From Octopus vulgaris (lineage: Eukaryota), in assembly GCA_951406725.2 (NCBI GenBank), contig OX597828.1:61876001-61940000 (forward strand): DNA of 64,000 nt, given 5' to 3'. Shown piece by piece: positions 42,590 to 52,607 of the stretch. The translations under genes were made by a program, and so were the position numbers. Below the pieces are notes generated by a model. It was given only the letters and a program-made list of their open reading frames with translations, was not told the DNA's origin and ran no database searches. Positions within the stretch are counted from its first letter, which is position 1. Every line of letters begins with the position of its first letter.

Positions 42590-43010
42590 CACACACACAC
42601 ACACATAGACACACATACATACATGCATGCATGCATACATACATACATACATACATACATACATACATACATACATACAAACATACATACATACATACAT
42701 ACATACATACATACATACATACATACAAAGATACATACATACATGCATACAAACATGCATACAAACATACATACAAACATACAAAGAAACATATATATAC
42801 ATACATGCATACAAACATACATACATACATACAAACATACATACAAACATACAAAGAAACATATATATATACATACATACAAACATACATACATATACAT
42901 ACATACACACATACATACATACATACATACATACATACATACATACATACATACATACATACATACATACATACATACATACATACATACATACATACAT
43001 ACATACATAC
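42590..43010. repeat. (CATA)n microsatellite
   Basis: Direct reading. Confidence 0.95.
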
Positions 43011-43359
43011 GTAGATGCTGTCTTTATCAGAGACACCACATTACACCAGTTTCAACCAAGTGGCTTTGTCAAATATGTCGGAGACAGTTGTTATAGTGGC
43101 ATCTCCGATAAAGACTAATAACTCTATATATTCAATACGCGTTGAGTAGCAGCCTGAAAGAAATCCCTTTGTTTTTACTCTTTTTACCGATAAATTTATG
43201 GGATGTGAATATATGCATGCATACATGAATATACATAAATATAAGTACATGTTTGCATGTACATATACATATATATGTATGCATGTACATATACATATAT
43301 ATATATGTGTGTATATATGTGTGTGTAAGTATATCTGTGTATATGTGTGTGTGTTTCTA

Positions 43360-44225
43360 CGTGGTCTGATCAATAAATATCCAGACTGTTGTCATAGTAA
43401 CAAAGCTAAAGCATGCAGAATAAAGCCACTTGGCACAGATTGACCTTGAACTCTGCTGTGCATGCACACTAAATTTTAACGTTCTAGCTAACTTCCTTTG
43501 TTTACAGCAGATATTGGAATGAAAGTGTGTAGCGTGCGATCGTCGCATTGACTACAACAAAGTTGAGCAGAGAATCTGCATCAAAATTTGCCAAAAGCTT
43601 GGCGATACCTGCTCAGAGGCCTACCCAAAGTTTTCAAAAAGTTTTCAGCATTCTCGACACAATCAAGGAGATCTTGTGCATCTGAAACCCGAGTGTCTTT
43701 TCAGTCAGGTGAAAGTAGTTTGGGCACAAACTTGGCAGACGCACGTTTCATACCCAAATCTTCAGTGATATTGGACTGAACTGAACCGTAACTAATCTGC
43801 AAATCCTCTGATAACTCACGGATGGTGATTCCACAATTTCCCCTCACAGCTGCGCGCACATCTGCAATGTTTTTCTCAGTTCTGCTGGTTGCAGGTCTCC
43901 CAGAACGTTCGTCAATATTTTTTCGACCATCTTGGAAACGTCTGAACCACTTGTGTGCGGCTTATACACTCATCTCTATACACTTTCTGCAACTTTGTGT
44001 AGGCCTCTGAGCAGGTATCGACATGGCAACGTTCTCTGTCATGGTCAATGCATCAATCACGTGCTACACACATTCCTTCCAAACACTGCTGTAAACAGCG
44101 GAAGTGAGCTAGAATCTTAAACTTAGTGCGCATGCACAGCAGAGTCCAAGGTCAAACAGCTTCACTCAGCATGCTTTAAGCTCCGTTACTAAAGCAACAG
44201 TTCTATACTTATTGATTAGACCTCG
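43360..44225. mobile_element. Mariner derivative made of two head-to-head 5' ends
   Basis: TIRs CGTGGTCTGATCAATAAATAT / ATACTTATTGATTAGACCTCG. Plus arm has EQRICIK..QKLGDTCSE; minus arm has DERSGRPATSRTE..ITIRELSEDLQIS.GSV..EDLGMKRASAKFVPKLL. Confidence 0.85.
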
Positions 44226-44971
44226 TTTATTAGTAATAATTTAAAATTTTGGTGCAGACCTCTTAGTATGCCGTTTAAAGCATATTCACTCTTTTCGGCT
44301 ACCTGATGTCATCAACCGTATTATATAAGTCCCACTGGATTTACTTCAGAAATTTCTGAATGTCCGTTGAGTATATAACAAATGAGAGAAAGAGAAAATG
44401 GAACTTATGAAATTCTTTATTAAACCGAGTTTATTGAGCGAGGTTCCGTTTGAGAAGAGGCAGATCTGCACCGAATGATACACCACAACCAGTTGTACAT
44501 AATCTCACCCACGAGGGACCGATGAGTCAAAACGATCGTAATGATCTAAAAGAATGCCGTGAATTCTATTTTCTCTTTCTCTCATATATATATAAATGAG
44601 CTAAGCGAAAAACGTCACAGCGGGCCAGTAAGGCAGAAACGTGTCGGTAGTTGTGTTTTTATTTCCAGGAAAAGCAAAAAACAAAAATTTTCGTTCGTGC
44701 TATATCAATTCCAGAGGATCCATGCTTCTTGTAATTATCTTCTTTGCAGTCAGTCTACTAGTTATTTATTCTACTAGTCAGTCTACTAGTTATTTATTCG
44801 CCTGCTCTTGATGCAAAAATAATTTCAATGAATGACTTATTTGGCATAATGTATTATATATGCTTTTATACATAGGGTGTTTAAAAAATCCTTTAACATT
44901 CTAATATTCTATAAAATAAAAATGATAAAGAAACCTCCGAATCATTCTACACACACACACACACACACATG

Positions 44972-45036
<65 letters not shown>

Positions 45037-45049
45037 TACACATATATAA

Positions 45050-47118
45050 GGGAAAGAAAAGAGAAGATAAGAAAGCTTCTGACAATGCGGAAGTTTTTAC
45101 GAAAATCTTTCTATTTCAGGCGTAAAAGCCCATCCTCAGAAGGAAACAATCTGGGAAATGTCCAGTTACACAGGTTCTGTTACCCTACTCAAACTGCTCG
45201 GCATTATGTTCGCAGTAGTAGCTGCCACTCTCCAACTGTTGGTGTAAACAATTCTCCAGGCGTTGGTGTAAGCAACCCTCCAACTGTTGGTGTAGGTAAC
45301 TCGCCAACTGTTTGTTGATGTAACGGGTTAGCAGTAGTAACACCAACTCTCTAACTGATGATGGTGGTAATGGTGGTGGTGGTGGTGGCGGCGGTTAATA
45401 TTATGGTGTTTGTTGTAGTCGCAGTGATGTTTTCATAGGAGCTAACTTCGATCAACTGTTAATTTTCTCTTTAGTGTTGTTGCCGCGTCTGGAAGGAAGA
45501 CGTGTTGGGAGTAAAACGTGGAGTGGTCGTCGTAATGTGCAACCGATGTAGTAGTTGTTGCATTTGGAGCATCGTATTTGGTATACTACGCACGTACGTA
45601 GGCAGATTTTAGTGTTGCGAATGGGGCAGTTCGTTGGTGCGTTTTCGCACGTAACCACCTCGTTGTTAAGTGTTTACAAAGGGACGGTCCTGAATGGGCC
45701 AGTAGAATATCGTGCCCTTCCCTCCGGATTGCCTTGTAAATGATAGAAGTGGTCTTTTCATTGAAGTGAGGAATCTTCGAGAAACTGGTCTTAGAAAGAT
45801 CCCTCTTACGAGGTTTAACTGACCTGTTTTCGTGTATAGAGTTAGTAACGGACATTGAATATCCGTTGGTTTCAAGTACCTTTAGGAACTGAGTACTATG
45901 TGCGTCCTGCTTGGTGACGTCACTGCATCTTTTGTGCATCTGGGCGATCTCACTATGGACGTAGATCATTTTAGCAAATTTTCTGTAGAACGTTGTCTTA
46001 ATTTTTCCCTCGTCCGTGATGTTTAGCCGAGAGTCAAGCAAGAATCATTGCTGTTTAGATGTTGGATGATGAAGCTAATATGTTGTTCCAGCTTGTATAG
46101 TGGAAGCGTCCACTTGGGATGGAGTGAGCATGAGGATGTTGTCCACATACATGGAGAGAAAAGCATATGAGTGGCGGGTACTGAGTGCCATATACTCCAG
46201 TCGGTCTACGTAAGCAATAGCGAGCAGGCTTGAGAGGCTGGATCCTATAAGCCGGCCTGAACACTATTTATACGTGTTGCCAAACAAGCTGAAATGAGTG
46301 GTGATAACCATACCTGGTGAATGCCGAAACAGTGTAAGTTCGAGAAAGCGACTGCAGGAAGGGCAGGAACCGAGGTGTATAGTGAGACGATGTCTAAAAG
46401 GAAAGAATATTTGTTGCGTCTGAATACGTCGGGTTCGACCTGGGAAAATCGACAGAAGGGTTTAGAGGATTCTGGATAGGAGCCACGGGATTTTGTAAAA
46501 TGATCCCTCTATGCAGAATACTATGGGTCTGATGTGGCGGTCAGGTCGCTGTTTATGCGTTTTGATGAGATGGTACTATGTAGGCACTCTACTGTTGCGC
46601 GTGGTGAAGTTCCTTTTTATCTTCGCTGGGAGTTTACACCGGTTACAGATGTTGATCAGGTCTTCCAGTATGGTCGCAGTGACTCCAATGGTTTTAACTG
46701 TTGTTGTTAAGGTACCGGAACGCTAAATTGTCATATGGGAGCTGTGTAATGACACAAAAGTCTCTGCCTCTGTCGGAGGGGAGGTAGACCAGGTTCTTCA
46801 GCCTAAGTTTGTTTGTTTTTTTTAATATAGAGTTTTGTTGATCGGAATTGAGCCGGTGGTTCCTATGAAAACATTATTGCGACTGCAACGGACACTATAA
46901 TATGAACCACCACCACCACCACTACCACCATCGCCACGTGATTATATGTCGTAGAACCAACAGTCGGAGAATCGCATATACCAACAGTTGGAGAGTTGCT
47001 GCTACTGTTGCTAGCCCATTACATCAACCAACAGTTGGTGAGTTGCCTGCACCAATAATTGAAGGATTGCATACACCAACGCGGAGAGTTGATTACACCA
47101 ACAGTTGGAGAGTGATTG

Positions 47119-47169
<51 letters not shown>

Positions 47170-47330
47170 ACATAATGCCGAGCAGTTTAAGTAGGGTAAC
47201 AGAACCTGTGTAACTGAACATTTCCCAGATTGTTTCCTTCTGAGGATGGTCTTTTACGCCAGAAATAGAAAGACTTTTGTAAAACTTTCCACATTGTCAG
47301 AAGCTTTCTTAATTTCCATTTTCTTTATCT
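45050..47330 (-). mobile_element. Penelope-like element (RT + GIY-YIG remnants) with about 400-bp inverted terminal repeats
   Basis: Minus strand: LDIVSLYTSVP, YVDNILM, LDSRLNITDEGKIKTTFYRK, CVVYQIRCSKCNNYYIGCT.RRPLH; inverted repeats about 45050-45443 / 46859-47330. Confidence 0.9.
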
Positions 47331-47414
47331 TGTTCGGTACTACAATGATTCAAGTGAACTACAACGCTCTTATACACACACGCACACACACACAAATACA
47401 TGTATGTATATATA

Positions 47415-47453
<39 letters not shown>

Positions 47454-47673
47454 AAATATTAGGGAATAAATCCAAACTTACAGGGAAAAATCAGATTTAG
47501 GATTAAATCCAATTTTATAGTAAAATATTATATTATATTAAATTAGAGATAAAACCACTATTAGGCAAATCAAACAATGAAAAACATAAGCCAATACATA
47601 AAATTAATTAATTTATATTATTTTAAATATGTATCAAAAGTATTAAAAGTTTAATAAAAGATAATGAGTAAAA

Positions 47674-47742
47674 CACTACGATCGTTTCATGGCTGTCCAA
47701 TTCGTAATAATTCGAGTTATGGTTACAGTCAATCTTCAGGTA
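47674..47742 (-). ncRNA. Type I hammerhead with extended stem II inside a 49-bp inverted repeat
   Basis: Minus strand: tac CTGAAGA ttgactgt [loop] acagccat GAAA cgatcg TA gtg; inverted repeats 47536-47584 / 47784-47832. Confidence 0.7.
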
Positions 47743-47828
47743 ATTGAAATATTTATCTTAGCGATATAAATTAATTAATTTTATTTTTCATTGTTTGATT
47801 TGCCTAATAGTGGTTTTATCTCTAATTT

Positions 47829-47886
<58 letters not shown>

Positions 47887-47888
<2 letters not shown>

Positions 47889-48612
47889 TCAAATATGAAA
47901 TATAATGAGCACTAGTGTAGTAAACATTATCAACCACACCTACTTAACGTAGAAAGGTCTTGTGTTTGCCGGTAGGCTGCGATTAGCGTGGTGAAGATTA
48001 CTCTCTCAAAGCGCAGGGTGTTAAAACACATGAAATTCATGGACAGGTGAGACAACTCACCCGAAATCCCATTCAGGAATTATGGTTAGCGATGTTTCAC
48101 CATTATTGTGGTTTATGAACATCGCATACCCGAACCAAATTTAAGACGAATCGTATAGATTTGGGATGTGTTTTCTCGCTTGTCCATGACTTTCAAGTGT
48201 CATAACACCCAGCGATTTGAGAGAGTAATCTCCAACACGCTAGTTCGCAGCGTACTGGCAAACACGCTTGTCTTGTACGTCAAGTATGTGTGGTCGATAA
48301 TGCTTATTACACTAGCGCTGCTTCTATTTCATATTTCGGGGCATACCAACACTATATGCATATAAGTCATAGACTGACGGTACGATTCACCATCGATTCG
48401 GTTCGGAGACGTGATGTTGATAAGCCACAAAGATGGCGAAACATCGATGTCCATCACTCCTGGATGAGATTTCGGGTGAGTTGTCTCGCTTGTCCATGAC
48501 TTTCAGATGTTTTAACACCAGGCATTTTGAGAAAGTAATCTCCACCACACCTAATCACAGCCTACAAGCAAACACATAAGTCGTGTGCGTTATGTGTGTG
48601 TGACCGATAATG

Positions 48613-48617
<5 letters not shown>
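47887..48617. mobile_element. Non-coding HHR repeat: one inverted copy plus 1.5 tandem copies, period 310 bp
   Basis: CTCGCTTGTCCATGACTTTCA at 48175 and 48485; inverted homologue about 47887-48157. Confidence 0.85.
48411..48457 (+). ncRNA. Type I hammerhead, U3:A8 core variant
   Basis: gtgatg TTGATAA gcca-caaaga-tggc GAAA catcgatg TC catcac. Perfect stems I and II, 10-nt palindromic stem III, GUC site. Confidence 0.85.
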
Positions 48618-48649
<32 letters not shown>

Positions 48650-48699
48650 CTCTAGTTTAAGCTAGAGCGCTTCGGCCAGGCTGGAGTATCGTCCTTTGC

Positions 48700-49091
48700 T
48701 TTGCTACACTTTCACTAAACCTCATCTGTATGGTAGTTGGTGAATGAGGGAGTTCCATGCTGCTGCCCTCATCTGCGTTTCCTGCCGTGAAGTAGGTTCC
48801 TCCAGAACTCTTGACTGGGGGAGATCTAGTTTGGTCTTGAAGACGCCTACACCCATCCCATCTGGAACTCTCAGGTTTTGTGAGAGAATATTAAAGAGCT
48901 GTAGGCACTTAAAGCCCAAGCTATTCCAGGATCTGATCTGATCCTGTATCCTGATGACAATGTTGGGATTTATGGTACTATGCAATGGCGTCCCGTTCTA
49001 CTGTTTGTGTATCTGACACTGCCAAAGTTTTCTTCAAGTTCTTGTAAGATTTTTCTAGACGTATGTATATAACTGCGTATCTTGCCCGCCT
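48700..49091 (-). mobile_element. CR1-like LINE 3' fragment
   Basis: RRARYAVIY.., RTGRHCIVP, NSLGFKCLQLFNIL, VFKTKLD, RAAAWNSLIHQ resemble a CR1-group ORF2 C-terminus. Confidence 0.7.
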
Positions 49092-49094
49092 ATA

Positions 49095-49153
<59 letters not shown>

Positions 49154-49240
49154 CGGGCAAGATACGCAATTATATACATACGTCTAGAAAAATCTTACAA
49201 GAACTTGAAGAAAACTTGAAGAAAATATATATATATACAA

Positions 49241-49525
49241 TTGCAGCGTGGAAGGTGTTTGTAAGCCATTTAAGAAACACACAAAAGCCGTTCGATTCAC
49301 TTCAACATTTAAATTTAATTTGTCAAAATATTTTCGTCGCTTTGAGACCGCGACCTGTTCACTGACAAAAATTCGTGCTGCATCTCAGCACGGATTTTTG
49401 TCAGTGAACAGGTCGCGGTCTCAAAGCGACGAAAATATTTTGACAAATTAAATTTAAATGTTGAAGTGAATCGAACGGCTTTTGTGTGTTTCTTAAATGG
49501 CTTACGAACACCTTCCACGCTGCAA
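49241..49525. repeat. Near-perfect palindrome (140-bp arms, 5-nt loop)
   Basis: 49241-49380 vs 49386-49525, two mismatches seen. Confidence 0.97.
49397..49447 (+). ncRNA. Type I hammerhead-like motif, G3:C8 core variant (mirror copy 49319-49369, minus strand)
   Basis: tttgtca GTGAACA g gtcgc-ggtctcaaa-gcgac GAAA atat TT tgacaaa. 7-bp stem I, 5-bp stem II, palindromic stem III AATATT. Confidence 0.75.
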
Positions 49526-49599
49526 ATTGTTTTCGTTTCAGCACACGATCTCAGATCAAATCACTTGCTATGCAAGTACATCTCCGTAATATATATATA

Positions 49600-49917
49600 C
49601 TCTTTTTACTCTTTTACTCTTTTACTTGTTTCAGTCATTTCTGCGGCCATGCTGGAGCACCACCTTTTAGTACTTATTCTATCGGTCTCTTTTTGCCGAA
49701 CCGCTAAATGACGGGGACCTAAACACACCAGCAATGTCAGGGGGACAAACACAGACACACAAACACACGCATACATATATATATACATATATACGACAGG
49801 CTTTTTCAGTTTCCGTCTACCAAATCCACTCACAAGGCATTGGTCGGCCCGGGCTATAGCAGAAGACACTTGCCCAAGATGCCACGCAGTGGGATGAACC
49901 CGCAACCGTGTGGTTGG

Positions 49918-49918
<1 letters not shown>
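49600..49918 (-). mobile_element. SINE with internal microsatellite
   Basis: Reverse complement of the family at 12683-13075. Confidence 0.85.
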
Positions 49919-49958
<40 letters not shown>

Positions 49959-50048
49959 TAAGGGTAGAAATTGATATTAATCAATTAAAACCAGTGGCCT
50001 AGCATATTTTAAAAAATCCGAAGATTAAAATTTTTTTTTACATACAAA

Positions 50049-50199
50049 ATTTAGAGGATTGATCACTAAAAGTGGACAGCCTGTATGCTAGATATAGACG
50101 TCAACATCGCCATTTTTCACATTGTCCGTGGGAAATGGCGATTTTGACGTCTATATCTAGCATACAGGCTGTCCACTTTTAGTGGTCAATCCTCTAAAT
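50049..50199. repeat. Palindrome with about 72-bp arms; PLE-type fold-back
   Basis: ATTTAGAGGATTGA...CATTTTTCAC / GTGGGAAATG...TCAATCCTCTAAAT; the left tail (49955-50048) resembles 4575-4690. Confidence 0.9.
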
Positions 50200-50205
50200 G
50201 TTATA

Positions 50206-50271
<66 letters not shown>

Positions 50272-50600
50272 GGATAAAAGTTTTCGAAAAGAAATTGTAT
50301 CAATGGCCAGCATATTAAAAAATACCTTCAAAGGTTAAATTTATAAACAATCTATAAACAATCTATATTAGTTGATAAAATTTTTTTCGAAAAATTTTAT
50401 CCTATATTAGATGTAAATTTAATAGTGTTCACTTCCGGACTCTCTCACTGTGAGAATTTTCAGTTCGAAATCGCACGTGGCTCGAGATGTGCTGGAGAAT
50501 TTCTATTTTGGATATATTTGGAGTACTTAGGTCTGCTCATGACTTAGTGCTTGCTTCTTCCATTGGTACGAGTAAGTATTTCATTTATGTCTTACGTATT

Positions 50601-50654
50601 TATCGCTGACGAGGAGAAAATTCTTATGAATTAACTCTGAAATTGGGACCGATA
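50601..50654 (+). ncRNA. Degenerate type I hammerhead (cleavage site mutated)
   Basis: tatcg CTGACGA ggag..aattc-ttat-gaatt..ctct GAAA ttggg AC cgata; U16.1 lost. Confidence 0.55.
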
Positions 50655-50813
50655 CGGTAATAACGGAATTTTTTAGAAATTTCTGTCGGCTTGTTTCGAG
50701 ACATCTATTTATAGTGATAAATTATATGGTTATTGACAATTTGTCTTTTTTCGGCATATTTGGCATTAGAATTTTTTTCTTTTGCCCTTGTTTATAAATT
50801 ACACACACACACG

Positions 50814-50858
<45 letters not shown>

Positions 50859-50968
50859 ATGTATGTGTGTGTGTGTATATATATATGTATGTATGTATAT
50901 ATATATATATATATATATACAAACACACACACATACATACACATATATATATATATATATATATATAT

Positions 50969-51886
50969 GACTTGCCCGACGACCTCACGCAACACACCCT
51001 TCTATTTGCCGACGATATCAAACTGGTCGCTCCTCGCGGTAGTATAGAGGATCTTCGTCGATGCCTCCACCAAATTTGGAAGTGGTCTAACGATTGGGAC
51101 CTGTGTCTGAACGTGTCAAAGTGCTGTCATCTGCCTGTCGGCTCTACTCCTGCAACTCAACTTGATTTCGAGCCGGGTCATCTGCTGCTGGAGAGGACCG
51201 ATCAGGTAAAGGACCTGGGTATCTTGGTGGATTCCTCCTTTTCGCCTTCGTCCCAGTGCGTCCATGCTGCCAACAAAGCGCGCGGAATTGTTTTTGATTC
51301 GACGGTCATTCGGAATGCTCACAGCAGCCATATTCCTACCACTCTATGTCACGCTGGTGAGACCCATATTGGAGTATGGGATTCAAGCCTCTTCTCCTTA
51401 TCTCCTCAAAGACATACAGCATCTCGAAAGAGTCCAGAAGCTGGCTACCCGCATGGTTCATGGTCTCAAAAATTTGTCCTACGAAGAAAGGCTGAGGACG
51501 CTCGACCTTTATTCTCTTGAAAACGCCGCCGCCGTGGTGATCTCATTCTCGCCCACAACATCATAAGCGGGAAGTGTAACCTCTCGAAAGAGCTGTTCTT
51601 CACTCCTGCTCCGGAGCGTCGGCTGCGGGGTCATTCCAAAAAGCTCTACCTGCGACGATTTCATCTCAATCGAAGGAGAGGAGCTTTCTCCGTCCGGGTT
51701 GCGGATCCGTGGAACAAGCTGCCAGACGAGATGGTGAAGATACCGACGACCGCTTTGTTCAAAGCCTCCCTGGACCTCAAGTGGCCTGAACTCTTTACAT
51801 GAACACCACCCTGTACTTAACTCCATGTCCCCCTACATGGCCTTGCTATTTGCTTTTGAGCCAAATTAACTAACTAACTAACTAAC
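50969..51886 (+). mobile_element. CR1-like LINE, 5'-truncated, with (AACT)n tail
   Basis: LLFADDIKL, LNVSKC, VKDLGILVDS, LYVTLVRPILEYG, LERVQKLATRMV, SYEERL; (AACT)n tail at 51867-51886; inserted in (TA)n. Confidence 0.93.
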
Positions 51887-51917
51887 ATATATATGTGTGT
51901 GTGTATGTATGTAAGTG

Positions 51918-51948
<31 letters not shown>

Positions 51949-51991
51949 ATATACGTATGTATGTATGTATGTATGTATGTATGTATGTATG

Positions 51992-52022
<31 letters not shown>

Positions 52023-52569
52023 GCATATATATATATATATATATATATATGATTCTTTAACAAGAATAGCATTGACAACGATTTCCAAGTTCCGTCCTCC
52101 TAAACGATAATCGGACAGTAGGCCGCTTCCAGAAAGATGTTCTTAAGAGGTTTCCTCAAAATTTAAAGACATTATGGCTTCTTTAATACCGAGAAGTCGT
52201 TCAATAGTGATGGCAGGTTTAAATCTTTTTGTTTACCGCCCAAGATATTTGCAACTACTCAGCGAATGAACTCAGGGATGCTGACGTGGATTATAACATG
52301 GAAATATGACTGCAATTGTTACCGTACTTACCAGACATCAGACTCACTGTTAACTGCATTCCCCGTTCATTATTTAAAATTAAATTGCATTTAATTACAT
52401 TTACATTTCAACATGACTTAATAATTAAAACTAATGAATATTTGCTTCACTTGGGGTGTAATCTTATTTCATTAAAATATTTTGGTGCTCACATAATTAA
52501 GTGCGTTAGTTCCCACTTAACTATACTGCTTGTGTCTTAGCACATTTATATTAGGTACCTAGCCAATTC

Positions 52570-52607
<38 letters not shown>

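Noticed and set aside
42497-43118. Long [16 protein letters not shown] ORFs here and throughout the window
   Set aside because: Stop-free translations of TATG, TA and GATA microsatellites.
44515-44545. CCGATGA..AAACGATCGTA hammerhead-like string
   Set aside because: U4 and G12 are altered and stem II is absent; ambiguous with a candidate exon.
45232-45320. Short repeats resembling a CRISPR array
   Set aside because: Contiguous 24-bp minisatellite with no unique spacers, no cas genes, eukaryotic context.
49248-49518. Twin ORFs MEGV..KPFKKHTK on opposite strands
   Set aside because: Trivial consequence of the palindrome.
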